A stretch of DNA of 63,456 nt, filler included, from Reclinomonas americana ATCC 50394 (taxonomy: Eukaryota), in assembly GCA_048213135.1 (NCBI GenBank). It is 6 parts of 2 records of this genome, joined end to end, with 100 filler letters (N's around TTAATTAATTAA, not from the genome) between each part and the next. Parts side by side here need not be neighbours in the genome. Positions count along the whole stretch, not along the records: positions 1 to 18,507 come from PS015066.1; 5 more parts are not named here. One strand, given 5' to 3'. Shown in pieces: positions 1-13,500 of the stretch. The translations under genes were made by a program, and so were the position numbers. The notes under the pieces were generated by a model. The model had not been told where the DNA came from and made no database searches. It saw only the letters and a program-made list of their open reading frames with translations. Position 1 is the stretch's first letter, and the number at the start of each line of letters is the position of its first letter.

Positions 1-102
1 TTCTTCTTCTTGTTCTTCTTCTTCTTCTTCTTCCCTCCTCCTCCTCCTCCTCCTCCTCCTCTCCTTCTCCCTTCTGCACTCGCTCATTGTTGTTCCTCGC
101 AG

Positions 103-1579
103 CTTCAAGGGCAGTGGCGAGGACTCGGTTGTTCTCTGCCTGCGCAGTCGCACATTCGAGGTCAAGGAGGTACATGCACGTTGATCAGTCTCTCCTCCTC
201 AATGCGTGCTACTGATTGTGTGGTCCAAGGTGGAGACGTCAAACACGCTGCTGTTTGTGTCGCCCGAGTCGGTGCAAGCAAGTGGATTCGATGTGATTCA
301 ACCGGAAGCTGACGCAACGGTTGGTGTGGCGTCACTGTCTGTCTCGCCCGCTCTCTTGTGACTCTGACGAGTGCGCAGCTGACGGTGAGCTTCTCGGCGG
401 GATCGTACTTGGAGCTGGTGGCCGCACTGCCACGGTTGCATCAGCTGCGGGAGTTGCTGCAGCGTGCGGCGTTTGCGGGCGAGGAGTCGGAGGTCGATGA
501 GGATGGGCAGCCGAGACCACTCGGCCACTCGTTGGAGGAGCTGGAGGATCGCGTGCAGGCCAGTCGTGATGAGATTCTGAGAGGGCTGCACGAGTTCCGA
601 GCGTTCAAGGTCAATGGTGAGGCCGCTCCCTTTCCCTCTCGCTCTCTCTTTGTCTCCTTCTCATCACTTGAGCACCTGCAGGCAAGTACCGCGTCTTTGA
701 GAGTGAGCATCTGGCCACCGTGTTCGACACGATTCTGGCCGACATTCTCGCCGCCAGTGGTGACATTGAGCGAGTGCGCTTGTCGGTGCTTCGTCTCGCC
801 ATCCCCGACATGAGCGACATTGATCTGGCCAACTGTCTCTACGTGTACGGCACTCCACACGATGCGGCGATCCAGTTGTTGCGTACTACGAAAGATGTGC
901 TGCTGCAGTCCTTTTGTACTCACGCGCCTCGTGTCACTGCAGCGACGAGGACTTTGATGCCACGAAGGTCGAGCTGTGGAAACTCGATCGGCGACTCATC
1001 TGTCGGCACAGAGCACTCGAGTTTCTCACTCTGCACGAGGTTGGCTCGCTGTCTCTCTGCTTCTCTTTGCCTTCCCTGTCACTCGTTTGCTCACTGCGCA
1101 CAGTCGTGGGGTCTCGAAGAGTTCATGCAAGTGTGGTCGGAGCAGATGCCCAGCTCGTGGAGAATACAACCGTCGTTGGACATGATTGCTGTTGCGTCGC
1201 GCATGGGTGCTTGGCTGGTGGCGATTCTCTTTCATCTCACCCCCTCATCAGGACATGATGGTGGTGATCACGCAAGGCCTGGACACGTACGTGCGATATG
1301 TGGACTCGGCGCAATTGCCGGTGACACTGAAGGCGCGCGTACGGCACCTCTTTGGCTTGAAGCCCAAGTGGAAGCTGGCCGAGTTGACCCCGTTTGTAAG
1401 GTGCGTGTGTGTGTCGCTGCACATGTCCTTCTGTCTTTTTCGTCCCGACCCACCCCAATCTTCCCGACCACAGAGAGCTCATTCCACCCAGTGTCAAGGT
1501 GGAGGAGAGCTTGCGCCCATTCGTTCGCATCCATGCCGACGAAGCCGACCCATCGCTGCTGTGGTTTACGTTGCGGTAA
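103..1579 (+). CDS. DCC1: Sister chromatid cohesion protein DCC1 (5'-partial, multi-exon)
   Basis: Spliced translation FKGSGEDSVVLCLRSRTFEVKE|VETSNTLL...LEELEDRVQASRDEILRGL...WGLEEFMQVW...LPVTLKARVRHLFGLKPKWKLAELTPFV matches recalled DCC1 motifs. Introns are GT-AG; stop TAA at 1577-1579. Confidence 0.85.
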
Positions 1580-1631
1580 AATATATGCTGATTCCTGTTT
1601 TTTCTGTATTACATGCCACCCACGCCGTTTG

Positions 1632-3548
1632 TCACCTTCGTCGCCGCATGCCGTCGTCACTGCTGTGAGTGCTGTTGTTGTGGCCGCCTCTACTCGTACT
1701 GCCGCTACGCAGTGATTGCAATGGTGGTGGTGGCGATGGTCGCCGCTGCTGGTGTTGCATGTCGGCGTCGTCGTCTCGCTTGAGGAGTGACGGGTTCCAC
1801 TGGACGCGCCACTCATCGACACACAGCTGCACTCGGCTCGTGTCCCACCCGGAAGCCGCCACGGCCTCGATGAAATCGTCCACCATGGCGCGATTCTCAA
1901 ACGCCTCGTCGGCAAACAGCTCGCCCTCTAGCGCGAATCGACGCAACAAGGCGTGCGTGTACGCCCGCAAATGGTCCAATGGCGTGGTGCCCTCCTCAAA
2001 CACCACGTATGCTGTCGGACCGCTCATGTCCACGGAGAGGAGCCAGCGGTGCTCCCGTGCCACACTTTCGCGCAGGCGATCCACGGTCAGGCGCACGCAG
2101 TACAGCGGCACACCGAGGTGGATGCGGAACGCAGACTCGTGCACGGCATCCCACCACCAAACGCTCTCGACTTTGGCCAACTCCGCCGGACGGGAGAGTG
2201 CCTTGCGTCGGCGGCTGCCGATGAACTCGCGCAGCAGCAGGGTGACGCGCTGGCGATTCAGCGATTCCAGCTGCCGTCAGCAAAAAGTCAGCAAAGGGGA
2301 AAGGGAGCAGGAGGTGCCTGTGGGACAGCACGATACGGCGCACCTGCAACACGCGAACCGCGCGGTAGTTGCAGAACAGATGCATCGCGACGAGTGCAAG
2401 AAACACCGCCCAACAAATCGCCGCGCTTTTCACAATGGCCGGCGTGACCAGTAGACCAACAGCGGAACCCACGAGTCCGACAGCAATCTCCTGTGAGCCA
2501 TCCTTGGCGCTCACCTACAAGCCACAAGCGGCATTAGACGATTCTCTTTCTCTCTTTCGCGCGCGCGAGCGTGTGGGTGATGGAGATGTTGCAATTATAG
2601 CGTACAGCGGACACAAAGCCCCACCACCAACGCAACATCGGCCATATTATGCGCGCGAGCCTGGTGTTGTGTGATGGCCGCGCGAGTGGCACCCCCCGCC
2701 ACATCGGTGACCGCCCGCACCAGCGCCGCCAGGCAAGTGCACGCGAAAAACCTGTGTTCGGAAAGAATCACCAAAGATGGACACACATGCATACGGGGGA
2801 AGGGCCACACACGGACCATGTTCTCCGTCCTTCGAAGAGCGCCCCACCCGCCAGCTCCACCAACATTGCCACATCGCACGCGATATCCGCCACCAACCGC
2901 CACGTTTTTGGGTTGGCGTCGAGGCCCGCCGACTGCACCCACCCAAACCAAATCTTCCCAATGCGTGAACAGCCGTCGCTGACAATCCACGACAAGGTGA
3001 CCGCCAAAGGCGTGCTGCTGGCGTCGCCCACGCCCACTCCTTTCAGCATCGCGTGTGTCGACAGAATGCCCGCCAGACAACTGCACAACGCCTGCATCGT
3101 GTCCCACTGCGGCGATATGCAAGTTAGAGTGAGCAAGAGGAGGAGGAAGTGGACATCGTCAGCCACGTCGTGTGCATGTGCGCGCCCCCCTCACCAACTG
3201 GTACTGCAAGTAGTCTGGAGACACGGAGTTGGGGAAGCCCGCTGGCAAGAAGCACGAGGCCACAAAGGCGGCCAGACGAGTGCGTGGGCGATCGAGCGAC
3301 GAGTGTTGGCGATCGGGTTGCACGCTGTGTGCGGGGAAGAGAGAGATGGGAGAGAGAGAGAGAAGGAGGGAGGAGAGCGTGGTGAGATCGGTTGGGCATG
3401 TCGCCAACGAGAACCGAGGCAACGTGTGTGTGAGTGCGTGTGTCAGTGAGTGTGTTTGTGTGCGCAACATCCGGTTGTCGGCCACAGCATAAGATCGTGT
3501 GTGGTGGGTAAGTGGCGATCGTTCACTGGCAACCACGTTTGCGTCCAT
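1632..3548 (-). CDS. RUS1: RUS1 family protein (root UVB sensitive, DUF647 / C16orf58-like)
   Basis: FLPAGFPNSVSPDYLQYQL|WDTMQALCS...GVGVG...LDANPKTWRLVAD...AGGATRAAITQHQARAHNMAD|VSAKDGSQE...HLFCNYRAVR...LNRQR are diagnostic RUS1 motifs; 5 introns modelled. Confidence 0.92.
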
Positions 3549-3884
3549 TGTGCAGGTCACGCACTCGCGCGTCACACAGAGTGAAAAAAGGAGAGCGCAG
3601 CTGCGCACACGCACACGACACTCAAAAAAGAACGAAACCGCAATTCCTCGACTCGAGGCAACTAGTTGATTTTTCCCTTTTCCTTCCACGCATGTGCGGG
3701 AATTGGAGTTGCCGCTCGAGGTGAGTGGTTATGCAATGCTGCGTCGAACACGAGACCACACCAGTTCCTTTTATACTCTCTCTCTCTCTCGCTTTCTTGC
3801 GTCTCCTCGCCACATCGACGAACTTTGAAAACACATCATCATCAAACAAACAGTACAAAAACACAACACGAACACCACACACAA

Positions 3885-4907
3885 TCAGCCGTCGGGGAAG
3901 TAGAGATTGTAGAGGCCCTCGCCGAGGTACTCTTGTGGTGTCTTGGCTTCGGCCTTGAGAATGGCACGAAAGTGCGGAAGCACTTCGTCGCGTTGGGGTT
4001 TCAGCGTGAACTCCAACGCCGACATTAGCGGTATCTCCAGGTCCAACACCTTGCGGCGACTGACTCCCATCACCGTGGCAATGCGCTGCGGGGCACATTG
4101 GGCACCACACTCTTCAACTGAAACAAGCAATGCACACACACCTCGATACTATCGCGCAGACTCAGTGAATTGAGCGGCTCATTCATCTTGACGGCGATCA
4201 CCAGCGACACGGCTGGCAGCGACGGGTGAGGACACAGCAAGAAAACAGACATGCAACCCACACGCACGCACCCATGGCCAGCGAGGCATTGCTGCGAGTG
4301 ACCAAGTTCTGCGTGCACGCCCGAATTAGTGGACATTGGCCAATAGCACACACCCGCCCCGCATTCACTCGCCACGCACCCGCAGTACCAGGCCCTCAAA
4401 GTAGACATACGACAATGCCACAGTAACGAGCTCGAGGAATGCGCCCTGCGCACATGGACGCACAAAAAAGAGAAACACAAATCAGGAAAGCAGCATCAAA
4501 AGGCGTGAGTGTGTGTGTGTGGCGTCATAGCGCAGCGACGAGGCGAACCGGTCCGATGGCCAACTGCACAGCCTCGCGTTTGACTTTCCGAATGCGGGAG
4601 AGCGTAATGTCGACACGCAGCCATTCTTCGTGCTTCTCCCTGAACTGCGCCTGCAATTCAGCGCGAAGATCCTGCGGCCTCAGCCACGGAATCGTCGACG
4701 ACTGTGCGCAGAATCACCACACGTCAGCTTCCACCATGGCCGCACCGCGACAATGTGTGTCCGCGGTGAGGTAACTGACCATGAATGACGGCAGAGAGCG
4801 GACGGAGCGGCGGCTGCCACCGCGCATGTCGGGATCGTCGAGAAAGTAGGGGTCGTACGGAATTCTGCCGAACATGGCGCACCCGCGTGAGGAACTTTGC
4901 CAGCATG

Positions 4908-4981
<74 letters not shown>

Positions 4982-6630
4982 CTACTACGTACGTACGCGA
5001 CGACGACGACGACNNNNNNNNNNNNNNNNNNNNGTGGAGGAAAGAGATAGAGGCAAAGCACACGAAACATGGTCGCCAGCGATCCTTTTCTGCTCACTGT
5101 TGAGCTCTGTGTGCATGCATTCGTTCAGATGCTGATAAGCGCCTGGCAACACCGAAAAAGCATACCCGACGACGCCGGTGGTCCTCGAATGATCCCGCGC
5201 CACCACCCTCCTCAACCACCACAGCACCGGCGAAAACGGCAGTGGTGGACACGGCGGGAGTTGCACCTATGCTCGGTGTGCCACTCAGGGTCGAGCTACT
5301 AGAGACACCGAGAACCACCGCCGGCAACACCGTGGCCATGGCTGTCACCGCCGCACCGGCGGCAAGACTGGACGCCGCGGCGACCGCGGGGTTTTGCAGC
5401 ACGCCGCTGCTGCCGACACCGACGGCACTGTTGACTCCACTGCCGTACACGGGTAGAGACTGCGTGGGGCGCAGCAGGTCGTCGGTGGACATGTCCGGCT
5501 GTGGGAGTGGTGAGCGAAGAGAAGGCGGAGGAGAGCGTTGGAAAAAAACTCACATCACCAAACGCGTCACCCTCTGTCGGCGACATTGGCTTCATCGTCA
5601 ACGGAATACTGCTGAGAAAGGCCAGGGCCGCATTGCTCTGCTTGACCTTTTTCTTCTGCACTGGCACGCGATTCGACACTGTCGATGCGCTGGCTGTCGC
5701 CGCCAGTGTGGAGCTGCTGGAGCCACCGCCGGCCGCAGCTCGCCTACTACTTGCGGCGGCGGCGGCGGCCGTCGCTGAAGACGGCATGCGTGTGGTTGAG
5801 TCGCCGGACGGTGGTGATAAGGCGGATTGAGAGCCGAATCGGCGGGGAGCGCGCTGCGGAAAGGGCGGGAGGTGAAGGGGGGGGGGGAGGGGAAGGAGAG
5901 GAGAAGGGAAATAAATTGACAGAAGACATAGGGAAGATGGAAGGTGGCCTACACAAGGGCGAGATACTGACACAGAAAGCACTTCTCTCGCACCAAGACC
6001 AAGAAGTAAAACTCGGAAGGAGACTGAACCAGATTGACCCACGAAGAGAGTCCTTCTCGCACGCCAACGAGTGCCAAGCCATTCCCAAAGTAAGTCAGCA
6101 AGAGAGCAGAAAAGAAGACGGAGGAGGGAGAATGTTCAGCCGACGCAGAAGATTGTCTCCCATGCAGAGGCGAACTCGGAAGGAGAGAGAGTAGAACAGA
6201 TTCACTTCTCGCCAACGAGCGGGGGAGCTCGTCCCCCAACTACATCAGCGAGAGAGAAGACAAGATGACATAAGCGTGAGCAGGTTCCACCGACACAGAG
6301 TGAGTCTCTCATGCGGAAACGAACTCGGAAGGAGAGAGTAGAACAGATTCACCTCTCGCCAACGAGCGGGAACTCAACCCTCAAGGAGTTCAGCAAGAAA
6401 GAAGGCAAATGGAACGTTCCACCGACGCAGCACGACATGTGAACTCTTGAAGAGCTCAAGTGCACGTAGTGGCGGCACCAACTCGACTCTCTCTCTCTCT
6501 CTCTCACACTCTCTATCTCTCTCTCTCTCTCTCACTCACTCACCTGCATCACAGCATCGTCAGCCGACGCCGGCACCGCCGCCGCTCCCGCCGCCGTCGC
6601 AGAAGACGAAGACGCCGTCACGATATCCAT
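3885..6630 (-). CDS. CABLES-like (CDK5/ABL1 enzyme substrate) cyclin-box protein
   Basis: AALAFLSSIPL, YDPYFLDDPDMRGGSRRSV, FREKH..ITLSRIRKVK, TVALSYVYFEGLVL, LVIAVKMNE, EIPLMSALEFTL follow the Cables motif order. First exon 6544-6630 is inferred; small N gap inside. Confidence 0.82.
4909..4979. repeat. (CA)n microsatellite, intronic
   Basis: Direct inspection. Confidence 0.95.
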
Positions 6631-6708
6631 GAGCAGCGGACTCAGTTTTTTCTTGCGCTTCTTCTTCATTTGCGTCGGTTCTATTATCGCAGTCGAGGCT
6701 GTGGCACG

Positions 6709-6908
<200 letters not shown>

Positions 6909-6930
6909 NNNNNNNNNNNNNNNNNNNNTG

Positions 6931-7330
6931 CGACCAAAGTGAATTCGTGCGCGATCAAAGTGCATTCAAAGTGGGCGATCTACACATGGACGGGGGATGA
7001 GCAGGAGAGAAAGTGAGAGGGGGAGAGAGTGTGTGTGTATGAGAGAAGAGAGAAGGAGAGAAACAGCAAGAGAGAGAGAGAGAGAAGAGAGAGAGAGCAA
7101 GGAGAGAAGGAATGAGACTGAGACCAAAGTGCATTCGTGCGCGATCAAAGTGCATTCAAGTGGGCAATCTACACCAGCCGAGTGCGCACCAAGAGTATGT
7201 ATGTGTGCACAGAGGGAGTGAGATGAGAGAGAGCGAGAGTGAGATGAGTGAAGGAATGAGAATGAGACCAAAGTGCATTCGTGCGCGATCAAAGTGCATT
7301 CAAGTGGGCGATCTACACCAGCCGAGTGTG
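6931..7330. repeat. Three copies of a ~55-60 nt unit GACCAAAGTGCATTCGTGCGCGATCAAAGTGCATTCAAGTGGGCGATCTACAC
   Basis: Copies start near 6931, 7122 and 7266, separated by GA-rich spacers. Confidence 0.85.
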
Positions 7331-7572
7331 CACTTACAGAGAGTGTGCGTATATGTGTGCAAGTGAGCGAGAGAGTGAGAAGAAACACGAGACGAATGAA
7401 TCATGCGCAGCCACTTGAACGTGAAAGTGTGCTCGACCAAAGTGCATCACACACACACGAGAGACACACAAGCACACGCAACACTTATCAGCCGCGTCAC
7501 CCATTTTACAACAAGGCAAACACCAGCAATCGGATCATCGACCAACAGAACCATACACACTCACACTCTGGC

Positions 7573-10500
7573 ATGATGCGACCTCCGCCGCCACCGCCGC
7601 CACACCAACGATCGGCCTCATTATCCTCTGCCTCCGCAGCAGCACCACCCGTCGCACCACCAGCCGAGCAAGTCGCCGACATGGCCGCCTCTGCTCCTCC
7701 TCTCGCGCCACCTTCCGCCGCCGCCACTGCTGGCGTGTCATGGCCGCGACCGCCTCCTCTGCGCCACCCGCACCACCACGCGTACTCTCAGAGCGAGGCA
7801 CCGGCGGCGCACGACTCCTTGCCTCAGTCTCCGAGCAGTCGAGTTCCGCCGCCAGTGCCGCCTCCGCGCTCCTCACGCCCGCCGCCACCGCCGCCTCCAC
7901 CACTGCGCAGTAGGCAGAGTGTGGCTGTCATGGTATGCGCGTGTGTGTGTCGGGTCAATACATTTTCTCATGTGTGTCTAGTCTTGTGGTGTTCTCGCAC
8001 ACACGCGCGCGTGCGTATGTGTTTGTCTATCTGTCTATTGAGTGTGTCGCGCGTGTGTCTTGTTGTCTTTCTGTGCGTGCGTCTGGCGTGCGCATTTTGT
8101 GATCTTTTCTTCTCGCTTGCGTGTCCGTGTGATTCTCCTCTCGCTCTCCACTCTGCCCGCTCTCGTTGCTCTCTCTTCGTGTGCGCATGTTTTCCGCCAT
8201 TCCGCGACTCCTTGTGCACTTCTTACATTCCGAGTGCATTTTGTGCCGAATGGTCACCAATACCACACACGCGCTCTTCGTCACTCTCTCTCATTCATCA
8301 TCATCCACCCTGCGCATGTATTGCCTTGTTCCCGTGTGTGTTTCGTGCGTGTTTGCTCACAGTCCGTGCTTCATTTCAGGCGTCGCCTCTTCCGCCAGTC
8401 GTCGCGCAGGAAGAGCCGTCACCGCCACCACCACCACCACCACCGCCAGCACCTCCAGAGGAACCGGAGGCTGTCGCTGTTGCTGTTGTAGCTGTTGTGC
8501 ACGAGCAACCGCCGCAGCTGCCGGAGCCGGAGCCGGAGGCGGAGGTGGTGGAGGAGGTGATGGAAGCGGAGAAAATCACCGAGGTGCATGTGCCTGTGGA
8601 GGAGCACCCGCAAGAGGAACAGGCACAGGCACAGGAGCAGGAGGTGCACTACGCTGTGCCAGTCGCAGTGGAGCCTGCGCCTGTGGAACCTGAGCAGGAG
8701 GAGGCAGCGCCTGCTGCGCCATCCTCATCTTCATCCTCATCATCATCGTCTGCGTCACCTGTTCCGGTTGAAGCGGAGCCGGCGCCGCATGGTGAAGACG
8801 ACGAGGAGGAGAGGCAAGAGGAGGAGGAGAAGGAGGAGGAGAAAGTAGTGGCGCTGCCAGAAGAGCCAGTTGCCGAAGCCGTTGTGGTGGAGACGGTGGA
8901 GGTAGTGGACGAGGAGGACAGCGATGACGACGAGGGATTGGTGCCGCCGTCGCCACCGTTGGTTGCCGCGCCTCCGCTTATTCCGCCGCCACCACCACCT
9001 CGTATGTTTGTTCCTGTGGAGCAGCCAGTGTCGACGCTGCCGCCGCCGGTGCGCTTGATGGTCGTGAATGATCTGGACATGCTGAGTTTGCTGCCGGCTG
9101 CGAATCGTGTCGGCGCCGGCAGGGAGAGTGTGGAGATTCTCATGACGGGGCGTCGCGAGTCACACCCGATGCTCGCCACCCGCGCGCCACAGTATCAGTC
9201 GGATGACAGCGACACTGGTGAGTGCATGCGCTTTGTTTTCGTGCTCAATGCTTATCGCTGTGTCTCATGATGGTGGTTCAAGAAGACGACGATGACGACG
9301 ACGATTCAGGTGCGATGAGTTCACCGGTGACGCCGAGTGCGCTGGTGGTGGAGACGCCAGAGGCCCGTCGCCAGTCATGGTACTTTCAGACGAACCCCGC
9401 CGCCATGCTGCAGCTGCAGTCTGCCATTGGCGACGTCGGTGACCCCGCCGTGGATCGCGGTGCGTGCTCCATTGTGTGTGCTGTGCCTTTCAGTCCTTTT
9501 ACTTATTTCCTTCTCCGTTCCAAGCAGCTCTCGAGTCATACCAAGCTCGTCCGCCGCCGCCCCAGTCAAGACCACCTCCACCGCCGCCTCCGGCCAATGC
9601 CAAACCGCAACGTTCCATGTCACAAATCAGTGATTTTGATCCAACACCACCAGCCGTGCCCCCGCGACCGGCCGCCAAGACCGTGTCGTCGGTGGCTCCC
9701 GCGCCACCCCCTCGTCAGCCGACCATGTCGCCGCCGCCTGTATCTTCGCCGCAATCCACCACACCCACGACGCCCACTTCGCCCGAACCCGTCCGGGCTG
9801 CAGAGGTGCACACCCCACCGCCCTCTGTACCATGTCCGGTCGCTTCCTCTCCAGCGCCAGCACCTATTGTAGCACCTGTACAAGCACCAGCACCCGTACC
9901 AGCACCAGCGCCAGCACCAGCACCAGCACCAGCACCTGGTTTGTCAGCCGCATGGCGTGTCAGACACATCAGTGTGATTTCTCATTGACCTCCCCTCTTC
10001 ATAGCCCCCGAGCCAGCATCGTCAGTGTCGCGTCTTCGCAGCATGTTTGAGAGCAAGCCGGCTGCGCCGGCGGTACCACCACCGCGCCCCGTGCCGAACA
10101 AGCTCAACCCAGGCATTCTCGCCACGGCAGTACCCGTACAACCGTCGCCCACGGCTTCCGGTCGGCCACCACCACCACCGAGACCACAAATGGCTGCGCC
10201 TCCACTGCCTCCACCCAGCAGCGAAACGGCGACTGTGCCGCAGCCGGAGGCCACGGCTCCTGTTGCCGAGCCTGTCCCCGACTCGAAGCCGGCAGCTGTT
10301 GCGCTGCCGTCTATCTCCGCCGCCATGGCATCCGCTGTCAGCGTGGGCTTTGCGGTGGCGGCTCAACCGCCTGCCGCTGCGGCGCCGACGGCGGCAGAGG
10401 GCGACGCGAGCACGGACGCTGCTGCCTCTCCAACGCTCCCACCGTCGTCAGCAGAGGAGCCGGAGGCCAGCGCACCGGCGGCAACGCAGACGGCGGCCAC

Positions 10501-13500
10501 GGACGACCAGCAGCAGGCACAAGACGACGCCGAAGTGGAGGTCGTGTCGCCCGTGCCGCAGACCGGCATGTCGCTTTCCGATGTGTTTGCCACGGCCGCT
10601 NNNNNNNNNNNNNNNNNNNNNNNNNNNNNNNNNNNNNNNNNNNNNNNNNNNNNNNNNNNNNNNNNNNNNNNNNNNNNNNNNNNNNNNNNNNNNNNNNNNN
10701 NNNNNNNNNNNNNNNNNNNNNNNNNNNNNNNNNNNNNNNNNNNNNNNNNNNNNNNNNNNNNNNNNNNNNNNNNNNNNNNNNNNNNNNNNNNNNNNNNNNN
10801 NNNNNNNNNNNNNNNNNNNNNNNNNNNNNNNNNNNNNNNNNNNNNNNNNNNNNNNNNNNNNNNNNNNNNNNNNNNNNNNNNNNNNNNNNNNNNNNNNNNN
10901 NNNNNNNNNNNNNNNNNNNNNNNNNNNNNNNNNNNNNNNNNNNNNNNNNNNNNNNNNNNNNNNNNNNNNNNNNNNNNNNNNNNNNNNNNNNNNNNNNNNN
11001 NNNNNNNNNNNNNNNNNNNNNNNNNNNNNNNNNNNNNNNNNNNNNNNNNNNNNNNNNNNNNNNNNNNNNNNNNNNNNNNNNNNNNNNNNNNNNNNNNNNN
11101 NNNNNNNNNNNNNNNNNNNNNNNNNNNNNNNNNNNNNNNNNNNNNNNNNNNNNNNNNNNNNNNNNNNNNNNNNNNNNNNNNNNNNNNNNNNNNNNNNNNN
11201 NNNNCGCAAGGTCTCCATACCGCCGCGCATGCTGGAGGCGCCCATGTCGCCGGCGGCGACAGTCGGACCCATGTCGTCGGCCTCGGCCACGGCGACCATG
11301 TCCGAGGACGACGAATCACGCACCGAAGATGGCGCGCAGACGCCGACCACCACCATGTTGCAGGAGTCGTTCAGCAAGGCCGACGATGAGGTGCGGCATA
11401 GGTTGCGCATCGATTGCCATTGCTCCATTTTTCTGACATGCGTGTGGTTGTAGGATACGAGCAATGTGCCGAGTGACGACGAGAGCCAGCACGAGTTCCA
11501 TCCACGCGAGTACACGGCCGATGAGGTGTACGCCGCTCGTCTCATTCAGCGCAATGTGCTGCCAGTGATTCGGCGGTACTTGCTGCGCAAGCGAGGTGTG
11601 TGAGGGTGTCGTATTGTTGCTTCTGTGGTNNNNNNNNNNNNNNNNNNNNNNNNNNNNNNNNNNNNNNNNNNNNNNNNNNNNNNNNNNNNNNNNNNNNNNN
11701 NNNNNNNNNNNNNNNNNNNNNNNNNNNNNNNNNNNNNNNNNNNNNNNNNNNNNNNNNNNACATTTTGGCTGACGCTCGAGGTGATGCGTAGTTGAGCGCC
11801 GAGAGAAGCATCGAGCGCATGTGCTGAAGGAGATTCGTGATACCGAGGACAACTACGTCAAGAGCCTGCAATTGGTCGACGAGGTGTGTATGTGTGGGGG
11901 AGGGGGAGTGACAAAGTGTGGGCGAATGAGTGACTGAGTGCATCTCCACATCGCAGCTCCTTCACAAGGCGTTCTCCGACTGGGCCTCGATCGGCATGCA
12001 GTTTGGCAATCTCGCCATCACACCGCAGATTGTACGCGACATTTTCTCCGATCTGAAGGTAAGAGGAGTGTGCACATTGTTGGCGTGAGAGAGAGGGCAC
12101 ATTTTCTCACGATGCACCCACGCAGGTTATTCTCAACGTCAATCGTCGTCTCCGTGACGATCTGTTGTCGCACGACGACCCCACTGGACTGGCCATCGGG
12201 CAAGTTTTCGTCACCATGGTGCGTCGTAAGCAAAATTTGCGATTTTTTTGTCTCTCTCGTCAATCGCTAACTCGCTCTCCTCCATTGCAGGCTCCATATC
12301 TGAAGACCTACTCGACCTACTGCAAGAACTACGACACGTCACTGTCAAGACTCGCGTTGCTGAAGAAGAACCCCGAGTACTGTGCCACCGTCTCGGTTTG
12401 TGCACACTTTCTCGTTGCTTGTAAGGCTGGTTGTTCTTACCGCGCCGCGCCACAGCAAATTGAGCGTGATCCTCGGTTCCGTGGACTCGATCTGTCTGCG
12501 TACCTGATCATGCCGATCCAGCGCATCCCGCGCTACCTACTGCTTCTCGGTGACTTGTACAAGCACATGCCGAATTACCTGCGCGAAGCCCGCGAAATGG
12601 TGAACAAGGCGTTGACAGCGATTCGCGAGGTCGCCGGGCATCTCGATTCGAGCGTCAAGGCCGCCGAGAGTGTCCTCAAGGTGGCCGCCATCCAGGAGCA
12701 GCTCAGCGGTCTCACGGTGCGTTCTCACTTTAACACACACAAAGAAGCGATCGGTGTGGTGAATGAGCTGACTTGCCTTTTTCGATGTCACAGGAGCAAC
12801 TCTTCCAGCCACATCGTCGCTTTGTGCGCGAGGGCACACTCTATCGGTGGCCGGTGGCTCGCGGATCAGCAGCCACGGCAGCCTCGTCGACATCACCACC
12901 ACCAGAAACCGAAAAGTTGCGTGCTGAGCAACTTTTCTGTGTTTCTTTTTTACATCGCTCACTCAACATTTCATGCTCCGTGCGTGCAGGACTGAAAAGA
13001 CGCGCCTGCGCTTCTTCCTCTTCAACGATCTGCTTCTGTTTGCGAGCAAGGCGCTCGGCCGACTGCAGTATCGCGGTTCGCTGATGCTGACGCCCACGTC
13101 AACGGTTATCGATGACGAGCCGTCGTATGCACCACGCGAGGCCCGCGACATGGGCGCGTTTTGTGTGCGTCCTGTGAAGGGTGCCGAGGGCGACACACTG
13201 GTTATTGCGCATGAGGAACGCGATGAGACGCTGGCGTGGAGAGCCGACATTGAGACGACCATCGAGCAGAACAGTGCCGAGTCCTCCAAGGCCGTCACTA
13301 TGGAGGATCGTCGCAAGACCAAGTTTCGTGCAGGGATATGGAGGGTAGGAAAAGGGAGGCAGTGTCTCACCTGCGCCTGTTTCCTCCGCAGGGTGGCCAA
13401 GCAACAAGCAACGTTCGACACGACGCTGGATGTCGCGCTGCAGACCAAGGACACGACGAGCACGATGAGCATTGAGGATGCCATCAGTGTGCTGTTGCAC

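Noticed and set aside
6931-7330. Repeat-spacer pattern resembling a CRISPR array
   Set aside because: Eukaryotic context, ~55-nt units, low-complexity unequal spacers, no cas genes.
7933-8379. Stop-free in-frame stretch inside the 665-aa ORF (also 61650-62039 and 3325-3468)
   Set aside because: GT/CT/CA-rich low-complexity sequence bounded by GT-AG; best read as introns that lack stops through composition.
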